DNA of 45,030 nt, counting the filler, from Jimgerdemannia flammicorona (Eukaryota), in the NCBI GenBank assembly GCA_003990765.1. It is 2 parts of 2 records of this genome, joined end to end, with 100 filler letters (N's around TTAATTAATTAA, not from the genome) between each part and the next. Parts side by side here need not be neighbours in the genome. Positions count along the whole stretch, not along the records: positions 1 to 22,468 come from RBNJ01001274.1; positions 22,569 to 45,030 come from RBNJ01001275.1. One strand, written 5' to 3'. Positions 13,101-22,960 of this stretch are shown piece by piece. Every line of letters starts with the position of its first letter. Positions within the stretch are counted from its first letter, which is position 1. The notes under the pieces were generated by a model. The model had not been told where the DNA came from. It saw nothing but the letters and a program-made list of their open reading frames with translations, and did no database searches. The position numbers were made by a program, and so were the translations under genes.

Positions 13101-13797
13101 GTTCTTCTAGTTCTTTCTTATATAACTGCTTTAATTTTGAGTAGTGATATGTTATATATATATTTCTTGAGTAATATAGCTCTTGGGGTCAGTTTAATTT
13201 TATAATCAACTTCTTATATAGGTGGTAAACTAGGTAGCTTATCTGGAAAGATATCCTTGAATTCTTCAAGTAGTAGCTTGATGCTTTCATTGATTGATAG
13301 CTTCTTGTCTTGTCTCTTGAGATAGACTGCCTTCTTGAGTACTTTCTTATATTATATTGCTGACAGTATTGTAACTGGGGTCTTGTTTATAGACTTGTCT
13401 GTCTTAATAGTAATATTGACTCTATCTTGAAGTAAAGTAAATTTATTTTTACACTAATCAATATTTGAGTTGTATTTCATAAGCTAGAGTTTTCCTAAGA
13501 TCAGATTATAATCTCTAAGTAGTATGATCTCAAAGTCTACTTATTCCCAATATTTCTGGATCTTGACAAGTAGTTTGGCAGCAATTAACTCAATAGAATG
13601 TAGTATACTAACTATAGTTACTATGCTATTATTCTTAAGTACAGGCTTGGTGAGAATCTTGAGATTTTTGATAAGATTCTGGTTAATGAAGTTCTCTATA
13701 GCTCCACTGTCTATGAGTACTTGAAATTTTTTTCCTTTAACTAGACCTTTGAAAATGAGCATTGCTTGAGCTTAATTTTCAGTAAGACTTACTACTT

Positions 13798-14222
13798 AAT
13801 CAGTATTACCAAAATCTTTCTAATCTTACTTAGTTTTGGATAGTTCTTAGACTTTGGTAATCTTGAGTTAACTGGCTTTTTCTAAGATCATTTGTATGAC
13901 TTAGTCTCCTTTCTTGACTATATAGTCTTAATCCTTCTAATTGATAAGTAAGACTTGAACTTGTCTTTGATAGTCTAGATTAATAATACTAGTACTAATA
14001 TATATCTAAATAATATTTAATACCAAGTCCTGATCATAGTGCAATTCTAGTATACATAATGTCCTTTGGAATATTAGACTATAATTCCAATAGATATTAG
14101 AGTTCAGCCCTTAACTGGAATAGTGACTTACTTGATAGAGTATATATTAAGACCAATAACTTCTCCTAATTTATATTGAGAGATCTGTATCTTTAGATAA
14201 AGTATCTTGATCTTGAGTTTAG
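13798..14222 (-). pseudogene. dut: Degenerate trimeric dUTPase of Gypsy-A, between the gag knuckle and protease
   Basis: All five motifs recognisable: VIGLNIYS (AGLDLYS), RIAL*SGL (RIAPRSGL), IINLDYQRQV (VIDPDYRGEV), KKGD*VIQMILEK and K*D*KDFGNTD (RGxxGFGSTG). Confidence 0.85.
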
Positions 14223-15276
14223 GTTGACTGAAGGTGGGATTGACAGGTGTGTCTTTGGACAATACAGTAACTGGTCTTGAGAGTTCACTAATCTTCTTAG
14301 AATATTTGATTACAATATGTCCTATTTGGTAATAGAAGAAATAAGCTCTAGACTTCTTTAGGTAGTTTTTTTCTTCTGAAGTAAGCTTGCTATTTTTCTT
14401 ATTTATGATATTTAGGTTCATTGGTGCTGGACTAACTACTTTGGATTAGTTCTTATAATAGTTCTCAAAGTGGTTCTTCTTGTAGTATTCTGGTTCAAAG
14501 CAGTTGTTAAAAGTGATAATATCAAATCTATTGGCAATTCTCATAACCTCATTGAGAGTCTGTAGCTCTTCTAGCTTGACCATGACTCATATATTTCCTT
14601 TTAGGTCTCAGATATAGTGGTCTATCTTTTTATTATCAGATATTACTAGTAGTTTAAGTAAAATTAACAGGAATTATATATTGTAACTTTACATAGACTT
14701 GAGTAACTTGATGTTCACTAGCTTATCTTAGACTAACTTAGTAATATTAACAAACTTGAACTACTGGTAGAGAGCTTTCTTAAAAGATTTTCAATCTTGG
14801 ATTTTTATATTTAAGTATATAGAAGTAGTCATAATATAATTATATTACCAGATAGCTGTATTTTCTTGAAGAAGTATGGTAGCAAATTGGACTTGCATGT
14901 CTTCTTCCATTCTTATAAGTTTGAAGTATTGATCCAATTAGAAGATCTATATATCTATAGTTAGTTCTCCTTAATGATCATTAAAGATATCTGACTTGAG
15001 TAACTTAAAACTGATTAATATAGTAGTAGAATATGATATAGCTACAGTTTTGGTCTTCTGATATTCTAGTTATACTTGAAGTTATCAGATTTGATGAGTC
15101 ATGGTGGTAATTATATCCTCCAGATTGACTTGTGGTTCTACTCTATCTGCTTCTTCTATAGCAGAGAAATCTGGATAATAGGCTGATTTTCCATAATTCA
15201 TTTTGGGCTCATATAACTAGTTTTGACTAGTTTCTGAATTTGTATAAGATTTTTAATAAGGTAAGATATAATAACA

Positions 15277-15288
15277 CCACTGCTATCA
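15277..15288 (-). promoter_or_regulatory. Primer-binding site of Gypsy-A, initiator tRNA-Met type
   Basis: TGATAGCAGTGG (degenerate TGGTAGCAG...) 2 nt from the 5' LTR; the same motif occurs in Gypsy-C. Confidence 0.7.
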
Positions 15289-15290
15289 AG

Positions 15291-15717
15291 TGTAACAGTT
15301 CTAGTTTCTTTAAGAGAAAATAGCTAAGACTGGTAATTCTGATAGATCTAAAGTAGCTCAAAGAGATACTTGTAGGTTTAAGTGTTCTCAAAGAATTTCT
15401 GAGAGAAAATATTCTGAGCTTTATTTAAGTAGAGAATAAGGATATTTATATAGGATCTAAAAGAAAGATCTAGAAAGATCTCAGAAATGAAGAGAAAAGC
15501 TAAGAAATAAGTTTTTAGCAAAGATGACTAATAATATTTTACAATATTCCAAACTAGTCAAGACATGAGACTTGGTGCTAAAAAAAGATAAGAATGTTCT
15601 AGTGAGATCTTGGTACTAAGAGAAGATTTCTAGATATTTGAAAGATACTAAAACATAGTAGAATATATAAGAAAAGATAATAAAAAGATACAAAAAAGTG
15701 CAAAGACTAACATTACA
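15291..15717 (-). repeat. Gypsy-A 5' LTR
   Basis: TGTAAC...ATTACA termini; TATA-like CTATATAAATATCC on the minus strand near 15440-15453; close to 90% identical to 9710..10163 by eye. Confidence 0.9.
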
Positions 15718-16029
15718 AGATAGATATTTGATTATAGTATCTAAATCTAATTTCTGATATAGTATAGTATTATATAAAGTTTAGCAATCATAGTTATATA
15801 ATTTGTACAATTATATAAAAAGTACAACTATACAAAACTCACAATTATACAGATTTCACAGATGTACAATTTGTATAGATATACAAATCTCTCAACTATA
15901 TAAAATAACTTACAGGAAAAAAAGTTTTAACTTAGCTACTAAATAGCTAACAAAATTATATAAATATCTCTAGTATCAAGAGTAAATAAATCTCAAATTG
16001 AAATAGTTTAAATAAAGAGATAAAGAACT

Positions 16030-16285
16030 AGTAAGTCTACAGATAGAGATATTGTTAGAACTATTATCTCTATAGGAGAGATTGTACAGTATCTGGGCAT
16101 TTTCTTATCAGTATATAGATTAGTCTTGCTCAGAGCTTGGTGGGAAAGAAAGATGATAGAATAGAGAGATATCTTTCAGAGTTGGAGGGGGTACTATATT
16201 TTTCTTATTAGATAGATATTGATTTTGAATATTTATTGGCTGCCAAAGCTCTGGTATCTGGTATACTACTTGAATTTTTCTATAT
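16030..16285 (+). mobile_element. Old internal fragment of LINE ORF2
   Basis: Reads IVRTIISIGEIVQYLGIFLSVY...WWERK...ILNIYWLPKLWYLVYYLNF, matching VIGTIVPTGEAVRYLGIYLSVY...ILNVYWLPKLWYLAYHLDF in the full-length LINEs. Confidence 0.85.
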
Positions 16286-16712
16286 CCTCATAGTTATCTA
16301 GTTGCTCTAAAAACTATATAAATAGTACCAGATATCCAGATTGAGATAACTGAATTTTGAAGATACTATATCTTAAAGATACTATATTCTAAGAATATAG
16401 TGGAAGTCACATATTATATTTAACCATACTGTATATTCTATAATTACTCAGATAGTAACCAGGTAGCAACTATAACTATATAAAATACTCCAGAGATAAG
16501 AGTGAATAAACCTTAGTCTAAAAAGTTCAAAAGCAAATAACAAGTCTGCCTACTACACTTTGAGAGAAACTCTAAAGCTACTGCTAGGAGATTGTGAGCT
16601 TACTTTCTACTCTGATTTACTTTTCAATATAAAGAAAGAGTCTATTTTCAAGAGAAGTCTGCTACATTTTTAGTTTGCTTGCTAGATAAGTCTGAAATCT
16701 CTCTTTCTACAA

Positions 16713-16935
16713 AGCTAGTCTTCTGATGCAACTTTGTAGTAGAACCAGTCTATCTGATATAACTCAATATAAATGAAGCTAGTCTTAAGGTAACTTTGCC
16801 AAAAAAAGAATCCACTATTCTCAGAGAGCTCTATAGAAATCTTACCACAAGTCAGTCTATCTGATATAACTTTGTCATAGAGCTAGTCTATAATATAACT
16901 CTATACAAATGAAGTCAGTCTTTGATATAACTTAT
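16713..16935 (+). repeat. Degenerate ~30-nt repeats (six units, core AG[C/T][C/T]AGTCT..T[G/A]ATATAACT) arranged as two ~90-nt blocks in the Gypsy-B LTR region
   Basis: Units start near 16713, 16742, 16776, 16849, 16882 and 16912. Linkers TTGTNNTAG and ATA[T/C]AAATGA recur in both blocks. Confidence 0.65.
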
Positions 16936-17429
16936 CAAGAATCTGTACTATCTAAGTTATCTGAATTATTCAAATTATCTACCAACTAAGTTATTATTTA
17001 AGTTATCTACTATATTCAAGAAATCTGCTGATTCAGAAGAATTTGTACCAAATTGAGTTATCTACCAACCTGCTTATTAAGGAATCCACCAAATTTACCA
17101 AGAATGTTCTATCAGAAATTACATACTTTTGGAGATTCTTACACTATATAGAAATCATTATACTATTCAAAATTGTTATATAGAAATTATATATATAAGA
17201 AACCTGTTATACTATATAGAGACTATCAAACAAAATTACCACTATACCTAAGAAATATCTCAATATGGAAATTGATCATTATATTCAGATTGACTATTAA
17301 ATCACTAAATATCAATAAGAAATCTTAGAACATTTTATTGCTTTTTGACAAAGTAACTGGGGGCTCAAGCCAAACTACATTAACTCTCAACCTTATAATT
17401 AGCCTCTATTGAGCTGAGCTTATTATATT

Positions 17430-17445
17430 TGGGGGCTCAACTCAG
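17430..17445 (+). promoter_or_regulatory. Primer-binding site of Gypsy-B, tRNA-Pro type
   Basis: TGGGGGCTCA 2 nt after the LTR end; compare the MLV Pro PBS TGGGGGCTCG. Confidence 0.7.
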
Positions 17446-17884
17446 CTTACAAAAACTTATAGTCAAACTAGATATATTTGATACAATACTAATCTCTACT
17501 ACTACAGGAGAACTAGTCATTATCAGCATTTGGACAGGAAGAGAAGTAATTACTTCAAGACTTCAACTATCTACTATCAGAAAGATCTCAACCAGAAGCC
17601 AATATAGTACAGAACTCTCAGTCAGTACCAATAGACTTTCAGATTATACAGATAGCCCCACTAGAGTCCTTAATGAGCTCTTATAAGAACTTTAAGACCT
17701 CATTATATGAAGCTGATTTTCTGCTAAAGTTCTACAAATTTTACCTATTAAATTTCTTCCACTAGCTATCACAGAATAAGAAGACTAAGAAGTAGCTCCT
17801 TCAAGGATACTCAGACCCATTCCACCTTACTCAAGATCTATAATATCATCTTTAGGATACCCAAGTATCCTAAACTCCAGCAAT

Positions 17885-17954
17885 AATTCAGAAAGTGAAT
17901 CAGAATCAAAATCAGAATCAGAATTAGCATCAGGATCAGAACTAGAATTAGAAT
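17885..17954 (+). repeat. Degenerate (GAATCA)n hexamer repeat encoding an ES-rich tract upstream of the gag core
   Basis: gaatcagaatcaaaatcagaatcagaattagcatcaggatcagaactagaattagaa. Confidence 0.7.
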
Positions 17955-20900
17955 GAGAAGATAGTGATGATGAAATGGCCACCCTATTACCAACCTTCAC
18001 AGGATACTCAGAAGAAGATCTAAAGAATTCTTTTATAGAATTGAAGAAATCATAGCTCTAAAGAACCTCTCTCCTAAAAAAAAAGTTGTCATCTATAAGA
18101 CCCAACTTAGAGAACCAGCTAAAGGAATTTTCACTTGAGCAAGAAATGATATAAACTCAGACCTTGGAGCAGTCATCAATACAGCACCAACCTGGTTAGC
18201 AGAGTATAAAGCCATGACTCACCAGCTTATTGAAAAGTATATAGAAAATGAGACCCACCATAAGTCTCAACAATCTATTATAGGAATTAAGATGAATCTT
18301 AGAGAATCACATAGAGCATTTTTTATAAGAATTCAAAAGAGAATATATACTACTGAGTTCAATACCACCAATCAAGATATTATAGGTCTAATAACTGTCA
18401 TAAATGGGATTTTGCTAAACATTGCTCAGTATATCTATACTCTAGGCATCAGAAGGTCTAAAGAACAAGTAGATACAGCCTAAAGATTTTTCAATATCAG
18501 ATAAGGAACCATCTGGAGTGACCATGATAAGAAAGATGACAAGGAAGATATCTTGGTCAAAGCCCTACAAGGACTCCTCTAAGGACCAGAAAGGTCTGAA
18601 GAAAGGAAGCCAGCTAAAGAATAGAAGAAGAAAATAAATAAAATCTAAGACCTTAGCTCCAAGTTGGACTGATTGGTTGGACAGATTGAAAAACTCACTA
18701 TATATAAAAATTGGAGCTATCTATAAGACAACAGAGGGTATATATCACAAAGGAATCAAGGATACCTACTCAGAGATAACAGGAGTTATCAGTAAGAAGA
18801 AAAAAGAAATCTTGTCTAGATAGAGCTCAAGTTCAACACTTCTACTGTGGATAATTCAGACACTATACTACTGAATATAATAACAAAAGAAGTGACTAAA
18901 GAGACCCAGAACCACTAAATTGAAGGAATGAAATCCAGTATAAGAAGACTAAAGCTCACTCTGTCGAAGACTTTGAAGAAGTAACAGTGAAAACTAGTAA
19001 CCTGGACCTATATCTAGCTAAATTTATCACCAGAAAGACAGTCTATTCAGCAGAGAAAAGGAAGAGACCCATAGGAAGACCATCCAGAAATACCAGTAGG
19101 AAAATTCAAGAAGATAAAGAATATAAAGAAGAGTAAGTAAAAACACCTTTTCAGTCTCTCTCATATTTTATTCCTAAAATAAATAAACTACTACTAGAGA
19201 ATGAAGAAATGGAGCAAGAAGAGCCTACTGGTCTGAAGCCTAAGGAGTAGTATACCCTGAAGACCATACCCTGAGACATCTACAATAAAGCCTGGTAAAA
19301 TATTTAAGAAGTTAAGATAGAAGTTCCTCTCCTCTAGTTTCTGTAGTTGATACCTACTGAAGTTTAAAATAAACTATTGAGAATCACTAGGTCTAGTACT
19401 GGCCAAGTTTCAATCCCACAGTAAGAATCAGCTCCCACCCCTATTCAAGCTACAGAAAGACATGTCAGCACCTATTTATATAGAGATATTGGAGAACAAA
19501 AGGTGAAAATCCTTATAGATATAGAAGCAACTCTCTGTATCATTACCAAATAATTTCTAGATACCCTCTAATGGTCTATTGATAGACTATCCAATCTTAG
19601 TATTATGTATAGTAGTAGATAGAGCCTGAACCCAATTCTTCGGAGAAGTATGAAACATTACTATCTCTCTGAGACACATTCAGTTTTTCATTTTAAAAGC
19701 TATTGTCACTGAAGCTGTTATCTATGATATGATCCTTGGCACCAACTAGATGAAAGAAATGAATATAGTTGTTGATATTGGTCAATAAGTACTCAAGTTT
19801 GATTACTGAGGCAAGAAGTACAGAGTTAAGGTGATCAGTTATAAGCAATTAAAGAAGAAGAAGAAGCTCACTATCCAGAAAGAATATATCAGTAGTGAAG
19901 AGTCTACCACAGAAGAGAAAGAAGAATCCAAAGATAGAAATGATTCCAAGCTCAATCCCTGAATCAATCTAGTAGATAATAGATCAAAAGACAATATTTA
20001 GATCAGAAATACTATCCCTATCACTATTGGAACTATTGTTGGACAGATCAAAGGATACTCTATCTATCTCAAAAGATACAAGTGCCCCAAGCACTCCTCC
20101 AAGATCATTGGGACAAGAAATTTGTTTGGCACAGTCTGCTCTGAGTATAGAAAAGAAAAGAAGAAATACAGATATATTCTAAAGACACCTATAGCTAAAG
20201 CTGTAGAAATATAAGAAATCTAGAGTCAAGAGTCATCTAAAAAAGAAGAAACCTCTGAGCAAAAAGTTCTTGAACAAGAAAAACCCAAAGAGAAAGAATT
20301 CCTCAAACTCATTCTCTGGGATGACTCTCACTGGACACTACCTAAAGATAATGATTCCTAAAATATTGAAGAAGGATCAAGCATAGTTACCATTGTTTCA
20401 AAACAAGAAACACACCAAGAAAGAGCCTTTCAGCTAGGAAGATATTGATATCAAATGGTCTTCCACTCTCTCTGAGACTACTACTACCAATGCTACTTAC
20501 TGGATTAACAAGAAAGACAGAGACCCTAAGGCCAGAACTCCTAACTATAATTACATAGTTAACTATCTTCCAGGAAGTCACTATAAGATTACAAAGTCAA
20601 GCTAAAGGATAAGACCTCTTTACCTAAACAGAAGTATACCCCTTGGTCACCCTTCTCCTAACCTATGACCAAGATAGATACTGATTCTCAAGACAATAAG
20701 AAATCAATAACTGAGAATAACATTTTTGAGTAATAGAATATTGTAACCATAGAAGACACTCAGACTGATGAGACCACAGATACCAGAAGATTCACCTCAG
20801 TCAGAATATTACAATCTATACTCTAAAGAGAGGAAATAACAGAACTTAGATCCAAAAAAGCCAGGCCAAGAAACCAGAAAGAAGGACCCTCAAGATCTAT

Positions 20901-21099
20901 GATTTAGGAGAAGATATTCTAGCTCTTATTAGACATACAACCCACCAAGGATGGGTAGAAGATGCTACCAACTTTATGGAAACCTTAAACCCAACAGGAA
21001 AGAGAGGAATCAACCACTTTTACTGGAGCCAGATGGCTGCACCTCAACCTCAGAGCCTAGAGGCTTTCTGTCAGTGAAGCCTCAGCCCAAGGATAGTCT

Positions 21100-21520
21100 G
21101 AACTTAGCAAAGATGTTACCTAGTATATTCTGCTAATTCTAAGACCAAACCCCCATCTAAAGCTCACCAAGAAGATGTAGAGTATGATCTCTATAGTCTG
21201 GAAGATGAACTTATCAAGCCTGGAAGAATCTTGGTGTTCTGAATAAGACTAGCTATATAGCTGCCCAAAGGAACTTATATTTAGCTTACCTTAAGATCTG
21301 GACTTACCAGACAAGGAGTAACTGTAAAAGGAGGAACCATAGATATAGAATATATAGGTGAAATCAAGATCATCCTGTATAACAGTGGTACAGAATAATA
21401 CTAAATTCTTAGAAGATAGAAGATTGTTCAAGCAGTCTTTATGAAAGTCAAGACTCCTCAACTACAGGAAGTCTCCAAACTGACCAAAAGAATAAAGCAA
21501 GCTGAAGGATTTATACTCAG
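21100..21520 (+). pseudogene. dut: Degenerate dUTPase of Gypsy-B, between protease and RT
   Basis: KAHQEDVEYDLYS, LRSGL, GGTIDIEYIGEIKIILYN, KIVQAVF and KQAEGF. Confidence 0.85.
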
Positions 21521-22468
21521 ATAAGAAAGAAGTACATCTCCTCCAGATCAATTACCTAAAAAAGGTTGCCCTCCAAAGTATATTACCAATCAATCAAATT
21601 GCATAAGAACCTCATCCTAGAGCCTAGAGAGCAAACCATTTTCAAAATCTTTATATCACCTAACCCTAGGAATCTCTTCTTTGAACTCAATAAAGACATT
21701 CTGAACCTAGACATTGAGAGATATATATTCCCTAACAATATAAACTCTGTATAGTCTCAAGCAATCAACCAGAGCTGAGAAAATATCTTCTTACTAAAAG
21801 AACTATTATAGGACATCTTGTGTCCTTCCTCAACTAAATCTATAGAGAAGTCTATAAGCTAAACTTATCAGAAAATGGCAAAAGATCTCAGAAGAAAGGA
21901 AAGACCCCTCTGCAATCCAGGAGACAGTAAAGTCTTCCACCAATATTAGAGAAGAATTGATACCTCAGCAATAGCAAAAATTAGTAGAACTCCTCTACAA
22001 ATATCAAGATATCTTCACTACTAATTATGGCAACCTTCTATATAACCTATTATACCATTACAGTATAAATACAGAAAATATAACATCTATCTAGCAGAAA
22101 CCATATAGAATACCCCATTACCTAAAAACATTTGAGAAGGAACATATTCAGAAACTCTTAGACAATAGAGTCATCCAACCCCTCTATCAGTCTCTGGACC
22201 AGTTCTATACTTATTGTACTAAAGAAAAGAGGATGGAGACTCTGTATAGACTACAGGAAACTCAATTCAGTTACTGAAAAGGATGTCTATTCTTTACCCA
22301 GAATTGATGATCTCTTAGACCAGTTACAAGATATCAGATACTTCAATAGTATAAAACTTTTTATAGGATTCTATAAGATCCCCATAGATCCTAAAGATAT
22401 TCAGAAAACAGCCTTCCTTGTCTTAGGAAAACTGTTTAAATACCTCTGAATATCCTTTTTTTTTTTTT

Positions 22469-22568
22469 NNNNNNNNNNNNNNNNNNNNNNNNNNNNNNNN
22501 NNNNNNNNNNNNTTAATTAATTAANNNNNNNNNNNNNNNNNNNNNNNNNNNNNNNNNNNNNNNNNNNN
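22469..22568. other. Artificial contig-joining linker
   Basis: 44 N + TTAATTAATTAA (stops in all six frames) + 44 N = 100 nt. The flanking contigs are 22468 and 22462 nt. Confidence 0.95.
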
Positions 22569-22960
22569 CTTCCAGAAGTCCCATGGTAACCCATCCTCCC
22601 CTGGCGCCATTCCAAGCTTAGTGGCCGCAAGGACACTCTGGATCTCCTCTTCTTGCACCGGTAGTATCAAGTCACCCAATCCATCTACCTGCGGCGGTCT
22701 CCACTCTCCTAGTGTATCTGCTATTGCCTCCCCATCAGCACCCCCTTCTCCCTCGCTCCACAAATTCTGCCATCTCTCCTTCAATACTCCTAGGATATGT
22801 TGTGTGCCATGCACCATGATGCCCTCTGCATCTAGGATCCCCTCCCACCTATGCCGCACCCACCTAGCCTGAAGGAGTCTTGATAAGTACCTAGTAGGCC
22901 TCTCACCTTCCTCAAGCCCCTGCCACCGGAGCCTAGCAGCCATAGCTATTGACATCCTCA
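22569..22960 (-). mobile_element. 5'-truncated LINE (ORF2 EN-RT linker), cut by the contig start; same subfamily as LINE-1
   Basis: ARLRWQGLEEGERPTRYL...GMAPGEDGLPWDFWK; colinear with 29341-29720 and retains CpGs. Confidence 0.9.

Larger units (their letters stand above)
9710..15717 (-). mobile_element. Gypsy-A: full-length degenerate chromovirus, LTR-gag(CCHC)-dUTPase-PR-RT-RH-IN-chromo-LTR
   Basis: LTR pair; knuckle remnant YFFYYQIGHIVIKY (~14300-14345); protease VLIDSGA (~13700); RT VYLNNILI, from YLDD (~12710); chromodomain YEVKKIL...TIWKLLINL (~10480-10630). Many in-frame stops. No TSD recognised. Confidence 0.92.
16290..22455 (+). mobile_element. Gypsy-B: degenerate Ty3/Gypsy, 5'LTR-PBS(Pro)-gag(CCHC)-PR-long spacer-dUTPase-RT, cut off at the contig end
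   Basis: TATA CTATATAAATAG ~16316; LTR end attata at 17427; gag MATLLPTFTGYSEED ~17974; knuckle FYCG*FRHYTTEY ~18840; protease KILIDIEAT ~19505; RT QKPYRIP...WRLCIDYRKLN...LPRIDDLLD...KTAF at 22090-22450. Left boundary uncertain. Confidence 0.85.

Noticed and set aside
9705..15722. Target-site duplication for Gypsy-A
   Set aside because: The flanks GTTGA and AGATA do not match even allowing transitions.
16044..16072. Hairpin TAGAGATA...TATCTCTA as an LTR or MITE terminus
   Set aside because: It lies within a degenerate LINE ORF2 fragment and is probably a chance product of AT drift.
16713..16935. CRISPR-like spaced repeats
   Set aside because: Units are degenerate, linkers are short and themselves repeated, there are no cas genes, and the context is a eukaryotic LTR.
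22513..22524. TTAATTAATTAA palindrome as a biological site
   Set aside because: Standard assembly spacer embedded in Ns.
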